A stretch of DNA of 37,304 nucleotides from the NCBI GenBank assembly GCA_035497775.1, contig DATJCV010000371.1, forward strand, positions 1 to 37,304, in the 5' to 3' direction. Positions 28,032 to 37,288 of the stretch are shown here, in pieces. Origin of the DNA: Burkholderiaceae bacterium. Its GTDB lineage: Bacteria; Pseudomonadota; Gammaproteobacteria; Burkholderiales; Burkholderiaceae_D. Numbering within the stretch: position 1 is the stretch's first letter; every line of letters begins with the position of its first letter. The translations under genes were made by a program, and so were the position numbers. The notes beneath the pieces were generated by a model. That model ran no database searches and was not told where the DNA came from. It was given only the letters and a program-made list of their open reading frames with translations.

Positions 28032-28820
28032 TTAGCTGCCCTCGGACGGAGAGACCGGCAGTTCGGTCACGGTTTCCGGCAGGGACGACAGAATCACCAC
28101 TTCGACGCGGCGGTTGCGCTGCCGTTGCTCCGGCGTATCGTTGGCATCGACCGGGCGGGTATCGCCATAGCCGAGCGCAGTCAGACGCTGCTTGTCCACG
28201 CCATGATCGATGAACAACCGCACCACGCTGCCGGCGCGCACCGCCGACAATTCCCAGTTGGAGGGAAACAGCGCGGTGGCGATCGGGATGGTGTCGGTAT
28301 GGCCTTCAACCTGAATCACGTGTTGGCCATCCTTCAGTACCGCGGCCACCGCAATCAGCGCCTGGATCGATTCGGGGGTCAGCTTCGCTTCGCCGGGCGC
28401 GAACAGGACGCTGGCGTTGATTTCGATCTTGACACCGCGGCTGCTTTGCGTGACGCGCACCTTGCCTTGCTTCACCAGCGGCGCCAGCGCACCGAGCACG
28501 CTGCGCGCCATCGCCGTCATGCGCTCTTTCTCGCGCCGCAGCGCTTCGCTGTTGTGCGGCTTAGGGATGCCGAGCTGCATCGGCCGCGCCGGCATTTGTG
28601 GCGGGATCTGGGTCGAACCGGGCGGCACCAGCGGCGTCATGTGGGCCTGGCCGAAGGCGCTGCCCAGCGCATTGGACAGTACCCGATATTTGCCTTCATT
28701 GATCGACGACACTGCGTACATGACGACGAAAAACGCAAACAGGAGCGTCATGAAGTCGGCGTACGAGACCAGCCAGCGCTCATGGTTATCCGCTTCGTCT
28801 TCGTGTTTTTTTCGCGCCAT
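28032..28820 (-). CDS. motB: flagellar stator protein MotB (MotD-like, OmpA-type peptidoglycan anchor)
   Basis: 262 aa. It has an N-terminal TM segment with the conserved Asp (WLVSYADFMTLLFAFFVVM) and an OmpA-like C-terminus (VEGHTDTIPI...NWELSAVRAGSVVRLF...GYGDTRP). Confidence 0.9.
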   Translation of the reverse strand: MARKKHEDEADNHERWLVSYADFMTLLFAFFVVMYAVSSINEGKYRVLSNALGSAFGQAHMTPLVPPGSTQIPPQMPARPMQLGIPKPHNSEALRREKERMTAMARSVLGALAPLVKQGKVRVTQSSRGVKIEINASVLFAPGEAKLTPESIQALIAVAAVLKDGQHVIQVEGHTDTIPIATALFPSNWELSAVRAGSVVRLFIDHGVDKQRLTALGYGDTRPVDANDTPEQRQRNRRVEVVILSSLPETVTELPVSPSEGS

Positions 28821-28920
28821 GCTGATGATTCCGAATCAAGCAAAGAAGTCGGCGCCAAAGCCGTTCAACGCGCCGGAGAAATCGGGCCGAACAGCATGGT
28901 TTCCGGACGGCTCCCGTTGC

Positions 28921-28987
28921 AGCCATATACTCCCATAATTTATATGGATTCGCGCTCTAAATATATATGCATTGTCAATATACTCCC
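28921..28987 (-). repeat. bipartite GGAGTAT-N46-GGAGTAT element, copy E3 (minus orientation)
   Basis: Read on the minus strand: a-site GGGAGTATATTGAC (core 28980..28986) and b-site GGGAGTATATGGCT (core 28927..28933). The cores are exactly 53 bp apart. The copy lies in the 196-bp AT-rich gap between motA and motB. Confidence 0.7.
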
Positions 28988-29016
28988 GACTCACAGAGTT
29001 CGGCGAGTAATTTCCG

Positions 29017-29757
29017 CTATTCAAAATAGGCGCGCATCCGTTCTTCGATCACGCGCGGATTGTCGCCTTGCGCAATCCCGGCAAAGGCGTCGAGCAGCAT
29101 ATCCAGCCGCTGCACCTGCTGCGCCACTACCGCCTTCAACTTGTTGGCGATCGGCAGGAACACCAGATTGGCCAGGCCGACACCGTAAATGGTGGCGACG
29201 AAGGCAACCGCGATGCCGGCCCCCAGCTTGGACGGATCAGACAGGTTTTCCATCACGTGAATCAACCCCAGCACAGCACCGATGATGCCGATGGTCGGCG
29301 CATAGCCGCCGGCGGCTTCCCATATTTTCAATGCCTGGCGCCGGCCGCTTTCGTAGGTGGCGATGTCGACTTCCAGGATTTCGCGCATCCGGGCCGGTTC
29401 GATGCCGTCCACCAGCAGGCGCAGCCCCTTGGCGATGAATGGATCTTCGGCCCGCTCCAGGAAGCGTTCCAGGCTGAGCAAGCCTTCGCGCCGGGCGGTG
29501 AAGCTCCAGATGCCGGCATCGCGAATCAACGCTTCATGCTCCAGCGGCGGCGGCAGAAAGGCCCACACCACCATGCGCGCGCCGCGCACAAAAGGCAGCA
29601 GGCCGCTTTGCAGCAGCACCGCGCCCAGCGTGCCGATGACGACGATGACGAAGGCGGCCGGCTGCACCAGCGAGGCCAGATTACCGCCTTCCAGCAACTG
29701 GCCGCCGAGAATGCCGACCGCCGCCAGAACCAGCCCGGCTACGCTACCCCAGTCCAC
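29017..29757 (-). CDS. motA: flagellar stator protein MotA (short PomA/MotC-like form)
   Basis: 246 aa from the GTG at 29757 (VDWGSVAGLVLAAVGILGG...), preceded by a GGGAG RBS. The MotA/TolQ/ExbB channel block (GAVLGLIHVMENLSDPSKLGAGIAVAFVATIYGVGLANLVFLPIANKL) is present. The ORF in the track extends to 29943 inside fliA, with Arg-rich non-membrane sequence. Confidence 0.85.
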   Translation of the reverse strand: MDWGSVAGLVLAAVGILGGQLLEGGNLASLVQPAAFVIVVIGTLGAVLLQSGLLPFVRGARMVVWAFLPPPLEHEALIRDAGIWSFTARREGLLSLERFLERAEDPFIAKGLRLLVDGIEPARMREILEVDIATYESGRRQALKIWEAAGGYAPTIGIIGAVLGLIHVMENLSDPSKLGAGIAVAFVATIYGVGLANLVFLPIANKLKAVVAQQVQRLDMLLDAFAGIAQGDNPRVIEERMRAYFE

Positions 29758-30476
29758 GCCTGCTCCCTCAAGGTGGCGCGCATGCGCGCGATGGCCTGGC
29801 CATGCAACTGGCAGACGCGCGACTCGGACACGCCCATCACGGCGCCGATTTCCTTCAGATTCATTTCCTGTTCGTAGTACAGCCCCATCAGGATTTTTTC
29901 GCGCTCGGGCAAAGCGGTGATGGCGTCGATCACGGCTTCGCAAAAGCCGTTGTTCAACAATTGCTGCAGCGGATCGTCTTTGGTGTCGGGGCAGTAGCGG
30001 TCGAGGAAATGCTCGTGGCCGCCTTCGGAGTTGTCGTGGAAATCCTCGTAATACACCAGTTGGTGGCCACCGCCGTCGGCCAGCATGTCCTGATAGGCTT
30101 TCAACGACAGCTTCAGTTGCTTGGCGATTTCGGTTTCTTTCGGGGACCGCCCGAGGCGCTGCTGCAGCGTCGCCATCGCGGTTTCAATCTTGCGCATGTT
30201 CTGGCGCATGCTGCGCGGCAACCAATCGCTGCTGCGCAATTCGTCCAGCATGGCGCCACGGATACGCTGCACCGCGTAAGTTTCGAACTGCGCGCCGTGG
30301 GTTTCTTCATAGCGGTTGACGGCATCCAGCAAGCCGATCATGCCGGCCTGCACCAAGTCGTCGACTTCGACGCTGGGCGGCAACCGGGCTTTCATTTGAA
30401 AGGCGAGCTTCTTGACCAGCGGCGCATGCTGCGCGAGCAGATTATCCCTGTCCGTTTTTCCGTTGGCGTTATACAT
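29739..30476 (-). CDS. fliA: flagellar sigma factor FliA (sigma-28)
   Basis: 245 aa from the ATG at 30476; the start in the track is a TTG 6 nt upstream. Region 2 (DLVQAGMIGLLDAVNRYE) and the region 4.2 HTH (LKEIGAVMGVSESRVCQLHGQAIARMR) are present. Confidence 0.9.
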   Translation of the reverse strand: MYNANGKTDRDNLLAQHAPLVKKLAFQMKARLPPSVEVDDLVQAGMIGLLDAVNRYEETHGAQFETYAVQRIRGAMLDELRSSDWLPRSMRQNMRKIETAMATLQQRLGRSPKETEIAKQLKLSLKAYQDMLADGGGHQLVYYEDFHDNSEGGHEHFLDRYCPDTKDDPLQQLLNNGFCEAVIDAITALPEREKILMGLYYEQEMNLKEIGAVMGVSESRVCQLHGQAIARMRATLREQAWTGVA

Positions 30477-30478
30477 GG

Positions 30479-31309
30479 TCAAATCCCGCGATTGGCTCCG
30501 CCAGCCAGCATGCCATTGTTACCCAAAGGCAACTCTCTCAGCGCCAAGCGTCCAGCCAGGCGCCGGAACGCGACCGAGGCGCCGGCCAGCGGGAAGGCAT
30601 CCACGACCGCGCGCCCGAGGCGGGCGGCACGGCCGATGTGGTCGTCGGCCGGGACCGAGCCGACCGCGTGCAGCGGCAAAGCCAGGTAGCGATTGGCCGC
30701 CTGCGCCATGTTGCGAAACACCAGTTGCGCCTGTTCTTCACTGGCACCCGATACCAGCACGCCAAACGAGCGCCGACCGAACGCGGCATTCATGCGCTTG
30801 ATCAGCGCATAGCCGGCAGTGATCGAGGCGGCATCGGTCGCTACCTGCACCACCATTTCGCCAGCCGCCAGCGCCGCCAGTGGCAGGCTGCCGTCGTCGC
30901 CGAGCGCGGCGTCCGCCAGCACGATGTCGCTTTGCTGTGTCAGCCGGCCACATAGCCGTTCCAGTTCGTCTGCATGCGCCGGCCGGTTGCCGGTCGCAAC
31001 CAGCGCCGCCAGCCGAAAGCCCTGCGGCAGCATGCGCACCGCCTGCTCCAGCGTGCATTCGCCGCGCGCCGCCTGCATCAGGGTCGCGCGCGGCAAGTCG
31101 CCCAGGCGGCCGGCGACGCCATCCGCCCGCAGACTGGCGTCGAGCACCAGGACATCGCTGCCGGCGCGCGCCAGAGAGGCGCCAAGATTAATCAGCGTCG
31201 CGCTCTTCTCAGCTTCCGGCAGCACCGACAGCAGCGTGACAATACGCGGCTTCGGCCCTGCCAGCATGCGCCGCAAGCCTTCCGCCTGGTCGTGCTCGTA
31301 ATTAGGCAA
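30479..31309 (-). CDS. flhG: FlhG/FleN-like MinD/ParA-family flagellar number regulator (degenerate P-loop)
   Basis: 276 aa sitting between flhF and fliA. It has the N-terminal DQAEGLRRML activator-helix motif and a ParA-like fold pattern. TTG at 31309 is the only start upstream of that motif. The expected KGGxGK[ST] Walker A is replaced by SVLPEAEKSAT. Confidence 0.7.
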   Translation of the reverse strand: MPNYEHDQAEGLRRMLAGPKPRIVTLLSVLPEAEKSATLINLGASLARAGSDVLVLDASLRADGVAGRLGDLPRATLMQAARGECTLEQAVRMLPQGFRLAALVATGNRPAHADELERLCGRLTQQSDIVLADAALGDDGSLPLAALAAGEMVVQVATDAASITAGYALIKRMNAAFGRRSFGVLVSGASEEQAQLVFRNMAQAANRYLALPLHAVGSVPADDHIGRAARLGRAVVDAFPLAGASVAFRRLAGRLALRELPLGNNGMLAGGANRGI

Positions 31310-32573
31310 GGCTCACCTCGCGCAGGCTCTTGTCGTTCATCGCACGCGCGGCGTTGGCCACCACCAGCGGCAATTCGGCGTCCTGGAAAAGGAACGGTGC
31401 AGTTTCGCGTTTCAGCTTGAAGGCGCGGTCGACCAGGTAATGGCGATTGGCCACATGCAGGTCTTCCGGCACGCGCTGGCCGTTGGCGACGTAATACAGG
31501 CAGAGCTTGTGGCGAATCAGCGCATCCAGCGTGCTGCCGATGGTGGCCGCCTCGTCCAGCTTGGTCATGATGCAGCCGGCCAGGCCATCACCCTTGTAGG
31601 CACGGATCACTTCGTTCAGGGTTTCGCCGGTCGAGGTGGCGTTCAGGCACAACAGGCGCTTGACCTCGGTGCCAGCGCCGGACAACATCGCCACCTGCTG
31701 CGCCACCATCTGGTCGCGCTGGCTGACGCCGATCGTGTCGATCAGCACCATGTGCTTGCCTTTCAATTCCTGCAGCGCGATCCTCAGGTCGGCTTCGTCC
31801 TTCACCGAATGCACCATGACGCCGAGGATCTTGCCATAGATGCGCAATTGCTCGTAGCCGGCGATACGGTAGCCGTCGGTGGTGATCAGCGCCAGCTTGC
31901 CAGCACCGTGCCGCATCACGCAGCGTGCCGCCAGCTTGGCGGTGGTGGTGGTCTTGCCGACCCCGGTCGGGCCGACCAGCGCGTACACGCCGCCCTTTTC
32001 CAGGATCTGGTCTTCGTTATTCATCGTGGCCAGATTGCGCGCCAGGACGGTCTTGATCCAGTTCATGCCAGCTTCCCGGCTGTCGCCGTCCCGCAGCTTT
32101 TCGGTCAGGTAGCGCGCCAGGCTGGCGGAAAAGCCGGCCGCCAGCATCTCGCGCATGGCCACCGCCTTCATCGGCTCGCGCTTTTGCTGCGCGCCCCAGG
32201 CCAGCCCGGCCAGTTGTGCTTCCAGCATGCCGCGCATCGAACGGATTTCGCTCATCACTTCATTCAGCTCGTTGCCGCCGACCGCCGCAGCCGCAGGTGC
32301 GGGCGCGGGCGCCGGCTCCGGAGCCCGATTGAACATCGCAGCCAGATTCGCCGCCTGCATGTTTTCGTTGCGACGCGGCAGCGCTTCGACCACGGGTTCC
32401 CGGTCGCGCGCGGGAGCCGCCAGCGAAGCGATGTCGTCGTGCGCCAGCGCCAGGATTTCGACCCCTCCCTCCACCGTGCGGTTGGACAGGATCACCGCGT
32501 CCGGTCCGATCGCATCGCGCACCTGGCGCAATGCCTCACGGGATGAGTGGGCTAGAAATTTCTTGACGTTCAT
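31302..32573 (-). CDS. flhF: flagellar biosynthesis GTPase FlhF (SRP-type)
   Basis: 423 aa with the G1 motif GPTGVGKTTT, DTIGVSQRD and an NG-domain pattern. It has an ATGA overlap with the flhA stop. Confidence 0.9.
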   Translation of the reverse strand: MNVKKFLAHSSREALRQVRDAIGPDAVILSNRTVEGGVEILALAHDDIASLAAPARDREPVVEALPRRNENMQAANLAAMFNRAPEPAPAPAPAAAAVGGNELNEVMSEIRSMRGMLEAQLAGLAWGAQQKREPMKAVAMREMLAAGFSASLARYLTEKLRDGDSREAGMNWIKTVLARNLATMNNEDQILEKGGVYALVGPTGVGKTTTTAKLAARCVMRHGAGKLALITTDGYRIAGYEQLRIYGKILGVMVHSVKDEADLRIALQELKGKHMVLIDTIGVSQRDQMVAQQVAMLSGAGTEVKRLLCLNATSTGETLNEVIRAYKGDGLAGCIMTKLDEAATIGSTLDALIRHKLCLYYVANGQRVPEDLHVANRHYLVDRAFKLKRETAPFLFQDAELPLVVANAARAMNDKSLREVSLA

Positions 32574-34654
32574 GCTTGGCCTCCAATCAGGCTGGTGACT
32601 CTAATGGTTTTCGAATCGGGCAGTTCGGTCTGCGACAGCACCTTCAACTGCGGCAGCGCGCGGCGCAGGAAGCGGGCCAGCAAGGCTCGCAGCGGCGCCG
32701 GCACCAGCAGCACCGGCGGCAGCCCCAGTTGTTCCTGCTGGCGCGTGGCGTGCTCGGCCTGCTGCGCCAGGGCGTCGGCCAAGCCGGGTTCGATGCCGGC
32801 GCCCTCCGGGCCGCTGGCGTGCAGCGCCTGCATCAACAAGCGCTCGAGCCGATTGTCCAATGTCATCACCGACAGTTCGCCGGTGGATGGGAAAATCTGC
32901 TGCACGATTGCCGGGCCGAGCGCGACGCGCACCATCGCCGTCAGCTCATTCGGGTCCTGCGTGCGCAGCGCCTGTTCCGCCAGGGTTTCGACGATGGTGC
33001 GCATGTCGCGGATATGAATGCCTTCGGCCAGCAGGTTCTGCAGCACCTTTTGCAGCGTGGCCAGCGGAATCAGCTTCGGCACCAGATCTTCCACCAGCTT
33101 CGGCGCATCCTTGCCGACGTGGTCCAGCAATTGCTGCACTTCCTGCCGCCCCAGCAGGTCCGCCGCGTGGGTCGTGATCAGGTGGTTCAAATGGGTGGCG
33201 ACCACGGTGCCGGCATCAACCACGGTATAGCCCATGGTCTGCGCCTGTTCGCGCATGGCGCCATCGACCCAGGTGGCCGGCAGGCCAAAGGCCGGATCGC
33301 TGGTGGTCGGGCCCGGCAAGGCGCCGGTCACCATGCCGGGGTTGATCGCCAGGAATTGGCCGGCGTGCGCCTCGCCGCTGCCGACCTCGACCCCTTTCAG
33401 GGTAATACGGTAGGCCGACGGCTTCAGCTCCAGGTTGTCGCGGATATGCACCGGCGGCGACAGGAAGCCCACTTCCTGCGCGAACTTCTTGCGGATGCCC
33501 TTGATCCGGCGCAGCAGTTCGCCGCCCTGCCCCTTGTCCACCAGCGGGATCAGGCGATAGCCGACTTCCAAGCCGAGGGTATCGACCGGGACGATGTCTT
33601 GCCAGGTCGCTTCCTCGATTTCGGGCGCGGCCACCGCAGCCGCCGCCTCCGGCGCCGCCTGCACCGCCTGGACGGCGCGCTGCGACAGCACGTAGGCGCC
33701 GCCGCCCAGCACGCCTGCCAGCAGCAGGAAGGCGACGTGCGGCATGCCGGGGATTAGGCCCATGCCGCCGATGATGGCGGCGGTGATGTACAGCACCTGC
33801 GGCTTGGCCAGCAACTGCCCGACCAATTGGCCGCCGATATCCTGTTCGCTGGCCACGCGCGACACCACCACGCCGGCGGCGGTGGAAATGATCAGTGATG
33901 GAATCTGCGCCACCAGACCATCGCCAATGGCCAACAGCGTATAGTTTTTCAGCGCCAGATCGAACGCCAGGTCATGTTGCACCATGCCGACCACCAGACC
34001 GCCAATGATGTTGATGACGGTGATGATGATGCCGGCGATGGCGTCGCCGCGCACGTATTTGGAAGCGCCGTCCATGGCGCCGTAGAACTCGGCTTCCTGC
34101 CCAACTTCCTGGCGGCGGCGACGCGCTTCCTGCTCGCCGATCAGGCCGGCATTGAGATCGGCGTCGATCGCCATCTGCTTGCCGGGCATCGCATCCAGCG
34201 CAAAGCGCGCACCAACCTCGGCGATGCGGCCGGCGCCCTTGGTGACCACCATGAAGTTGATGATGGTCAGGATCACGAATACCACCAGACCAACCGCATA
34301 GTTGCCGCCGATCAGAAAATGGCCGAACGCCTCGATCACCTTGCCGGCAGCGTCCGGCCCGGTATGCCCCTCGGTCAGCACGATGCGGGTGGAGGCGACG
34401 TTGAGCGACAGGCGCAGCATGGTGGAAACCAGCAGCACGGTCGGGAACACCATGAAGTCGAGCGGCTTCACCGTATACAGTGCGGTCAGCAGGACGATGA
34501 TCGACAACGCGATATTGAAGCTGAAGAACACGTCCAGCGCAAACGCCGGCAGCGGCAATACCATCATCGCCAGCATCATGACGATGATGATTGGCGCCGC
34601 CATCGCGCGTGAACCTTCGCCAGTCATCCAGGCAGGCAGTTTCAGCGCGTTCAT
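32570..34654 (-). CDS. flhA: flagellar export gate protein FlhA
   Basis: 694 aa, with a polytopic N-terminus (MLAMMVLPLPAFALDVFFSFNIALSIIVLL), the FHIPG-like linker region and a large cytoplasmic domain. Confidence 0.95.
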   Translation of the reverse strand: MNALKLPAWMTGEGSRAMAAPIIIVMMLAMMVLPLPAFALDVFFSFNIALSIIVLLTALYTVKPLDFMVFPTVLLVSTMLRLSLNVASTRIVLTEGHTGPDAAGKVIEAFGHFLIGGNYAVGLVVFVILTIINFMVVTKGAGRIAEVGARFALDAMPGKQMAIDADLNAGLIGEQEARRRRQEVGQEAEFYGAMDGASKYVRGDAIAGIIITVINIIGGLVVGMVQHDLAFDLALKNYTLLAIGDGLVAQIPSLIISTAAGVVVSRVASEQDIGGQLVGQLLAKPQVLYITAAIIGGMGLIPGMPHVAFLLLAGVLGGGAYVLSQRAVQAVQAAPEAAAAVAAPEIEEATWQDIVPVDTLGLEVGYRLIPLVDKGQGGELLRRIKGIRKKFAQEVGFLSPPVHIRDNLELKPSAYRITLKGVEVGSGEAHAGQFLAINPGMVTGALPGPTTSDPAFGLPATWVDGAMREQAQTMGYTVVDAGTVVATHLNHLITTHAADLLGRQEVQQLLDHVGKDAPKLVEDLVPKLIPLATLQKVLQNLLAEGIHIRDMRTIVETLAEQALRTQDPNELTAMVRVALGPAIVQQIFPSTGELSVMTLDNRLERLLMQALHASGPEGAGIEPGLADALAQQAEHATRQQEQLGLPPVLLVPAPLRALLARFLRRALPQLKVLSQTELPDSKTIRVTSLIGGQA

Positions 34655-35814
34655 GGCGCGACCCCAGCCGCCGCGGCCGCATTATGCGGATCCAGTTCCG
34701 GCGGCACGTCCAGCTCCTGTGGCAATTCCGGCCGCAAGCCGCCCTGCTGCTTGTAGCTGCGCAGTTGGAACACGTAGGCCAGCACTTCGGCCACCGCGGT
34801 GTACAGCGCTTCCGGAATTTCGTCGCCCAGTTCGGTATGCCGGTGCAGCGCCCGCGCCAGCGCCGGCGCTTCCAGCATCGGCACGTTGTTGGCGGCGGCG
34901 AGTTCGCGAATCTTGGCCGCGACTTCGTCGGCGCCCTTGGCCACCACTTTTGGCGCGCGCATCGCGCCGTCGGCATATTTCAGCGCCACCGCATAGTGGG
35001 TCGGGTTGGTCACCACGACGTCGGCGGTTGGCACTTCCGACATCATCCGACGCCGTGCCATCTCGCGCTGCATCGACCGGATCTTGGCCTTGATCTGCGG
35101 ATCGCCATCGGATTCCTTGGATTCCTGCCGTACTTCCTGGCGCGTCATCATCAACTTCTTGGCGTAGCGCCACATCTGGAATGGCGCATCGATCAACGCG
35201 ATCAGCACCAGCGCACCGACAATCGACATGAAGCCGATCAGCAACAGGCGCGCCAGATGCTGCATGCCATCCTTGGCCGATTCCACGCTGAGGCCGAGCA
35301 TGGCCTCGATTTGATGACTGATCACCAGCCAGGACACGGTGCCGACCAGGATAGTCTTGGCGATCGCCTTGCCCAGCTCGACCGCGGCATTGACCGATAC
35401 CATGTTGGAGAGGCCCTTCAGCGGATTGAGCTTGCCGAACTTCGGCTGCAGCGCCTTGGCCGAAAACAACCAGCCGCCGATCAACAGCGGCGAAGCCAGC
35501 GCCACGATCACCAGCAAGGCCGCGATCGGCGCAAAGGACAGCATCACGGCCGAGACGTTCGCGCCCACCTGGCTAAGCAGCACATTCGGATCGAAGGCCT
35601 GGGCACGATCGAAACCCAGACCTGACTCCAGACTTTGGTTCAGGCGCCGCACCACGCCAGCGCCAAAAACCCATAAGCCACCGCCGGCCGCCAGCAAGAT
35701 GGTGCACGTGGCCAGTTCGCGCGAACGCGGAACGTCGCCCTCTTCGCGCGCCTGCTCGATGCGCCGGGGCGATGCGGGTTCCGTCTTTTCGAGATCGCTG
35801 TCTTCAGCCACCAC
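34651..35814 (-). CDS. flhB: flagellar export switch protein FlhB
   Basis: About 386 aa, (M)VAEDSDLEKTEPASPRRIEQAREEGDVPRSRE. The NPTH autocleavage motif is present (VVVTNPTHYAVAL). Tandem GTG codons at 35814 and 35811 follow an AGGAG RBS, so the start is ambiguous by one codon. Confidence 0.9.
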   Translation of the reverse strand: MVAEDSDLEKTEPASPRRIEQAREEGDVPRSRELATCTILLAAGGGLWVFGAGVVRRLNQSLESGLGFDRAQAFDPNVLLSQVGANVSAVMLSFAPIAALLVIVALASPLLIGGWLFSAKALQPKFGKLNPLKGLSNMVSVNAAVELGKAIAKTILVGTVSWLVISHQIEAMLGLSVESAKDGMQHLARLLLIGFMSIVGALVLIALIDAPFQMWRYAKKLMMTRQEVRQESKESDGDPQIKAKIRSMQREMARRRMMSEVPTADVVVTNPTHYAVALKYADGAMRAPKVVAKGADEVAAKIRELAAANNVPMLEAPALARALHRHTELGDEIPEALYTAVAEVLAYVFQLRSYKQQGGLRPELPQELDVPPELDPHNAAAAAGVAP

Positions 35815-36301
35815 CGACTCCTGTCATGGCGCCATTGGCGTTCCAAACGACGCCATAAGCCCATCAGGCTCGATTATTGGCGAAGCGGCAGGTTCGCCAT
35901 CAGCCGAACAAGGGGGGGAATTGGCTTCTTTTCGTGACTCTCCGGCACTAGCGCGCAGCGCGTCGGCCGGAATGCCGGTGGCATCGTCAGGAGTCCGCAC
36001 GGCAAAGTGGGTGCCGCGAGGATTTGGTCGCAGCCGAGTGCGAGGCTACCGTACTCAGGTTGAAACGACTATTTATCGAGGACCGGCTTGCGGGCCGGCC
36101 GCCCATTGCGCACCGCGGACAAAGTCCTCGAGAAGGCCGTCGCCGGGCCGTGCGCCATCAGTAAGCCATGCGTCTCAAGTTCAGTGCCGTACAAACCGGT
36201 TCCCACCGCCGCTCATCTTCTTCAGATCGCGGAAGCTGAATTACCGCAATGGGCGATAGGACTGAAGTCCATGGCGTTCTGGAGGAGTGCGCCGACGGCC
36301 G

Positions 36302-37288
36302 TCACAACGCGGGTAACAGCATGGGGTTGCGTTGCGGCACCGAGATGCTCAGCAGCAATGCCAACAGCAGCGCGGCGGTCAGATTGTGCGCCAAGACCAG
36401 CGCCAGCGGCAGGTCCAGCGCAACCAGTACCAGCCCCAGTACCACCTGTAGCGCCGGCAAACCCACCAGCAGCATGGCGACAGTCCGTTGCCCTTGGCGC
36501 CGGGCGCGCCAGGCCAGCACCAGCAGCGCCGCAACCAGCAGTAGCCCGCCCGCACGATGCAGCACATGCACCAGTGCGCCGCCCGCATGAGTCGGCAGTG
36601 CTCCGGCCGGAGGCTCCACCCAAGGGACAAGCGCCTGCCACGAGCCCGCACCAAGGTCGCAGGCACCCAAGGCGGGACAGCTCAGGCCGGCATGGCCTGT
36701 GCTCACGAGTCCACCCAGGGCTGCCTGCGCCAGCACCAGCAGGCCGGCCAGCCAGATCCAGGCGATCGGCGGTGCCCGGCCCACAGATGGCGCGGGGCTG
36801 CGTGCTGTTACCAGGGCCAAGCGCACACTGAGGGCAAACATGGCAATTCCCCCCAGCAGGTTGCCCAGCGTCACAGCGGGCAACCGGGCCTGCGCCGTCC
36901 AGCGTCCGAGCACGGCCAGAAACAGCACCAGCGCCAGCAGCCCCAATGCCAGGCGACCTTCGGGCCACAGGACGGGGCGCAAGGCCAGGGCAGTCATCAC
37001 CATCACCAGCACCAGTAAGAGGGTTACCGAGGCAACCACCCGATGAATCATGCGTGCGGCGGCCGTGGCCCCATCGGTCGCCGGTGGAGCGGCATCCGCC
37101 GCCCGCAGCGCCTGGCCGTAGCACTGCGGCCAAGGCTCGCAGCCCAGCCCCACTTTGGACAGGCGGAGGTAGGCGCTCAGGCTCATGATCAAGAGCACCA
37201 TGACGGCGCATACCCAGGCCAGGCGCCGCAGCAGCATGGATCTGCGCGCCACAGAGCGGGCCTCCGGTCCCATATCAACAGAAGTCAT
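36302..37288 (-). CDS. ctaA: COX15/CtaA family (heme A synthase-like) membrane protein
   Basis: 328 aa polytopic protein with the N-terminal GLGCEPWPQCYG motif, a second Cys pair (GLSCPALGAC) and conserved His residues (MIHRVV, VHVLHRAGG). The start could also be at internal Met codons. Confidence 0.7.
   Translation of the reverse strand: MTSVDMGPEARSVARRSMLLRRLAWVCAVMVLLIMSLSAYLRLSKVGLGCEPWPQCYGQALRAADAAPPATDGATAAARMIHRVVASVTLLLVLVMVMTALALRPVLWPEGRLALGLLALVLFLAVLGRWTAQARLPAVTLGNLLGGIAMFALSVRLALVTARSPAPSVGRAPPIAWIWLAGLLVLAQAALGGLVSTGHAGLSCPALGACDLGAGSWQALVPWVEPPAGALPTHAGGALVHVLHRAGGLLLVAALLVLAWRARRQGQRTVAMLLVGLPALQVVLGLVLVALDLPLALVLAHNLTAALLLALLLSISVPQRNPMLLPAL

Noticed and set aside
28836-29024. 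A 62-aa minus-strand ORF in the motA-motB gap, and short reading frames opened by ATGGAGTATG in copies E1 and E2 (MEY...).
   Set aside because: The 62-aa ORF has a TTG start overlapping the motA stop and an AT-rich, low-complexity translation. The similar peptide fragments (EY..., SIW...) are a by-product of the conserved DNA motif and fixed spacing, and the two motif copies fall in different frames (53 is not a multiple of 3). GGAG-to-ATG spacing of 1-3 nt is too short for an RBS.
35831-35845. A sigma-54-like match, TGGAACGCCAATGGC, on the minus strand upstream of flhB.
   Set aside because: The predicted transcription start would fall on or within the flhB Shine-Dalgarno sequence, about 12 nt downstream, leaving essentially no 5' UTR. 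The -12 element is TGGC rather than TTGC.
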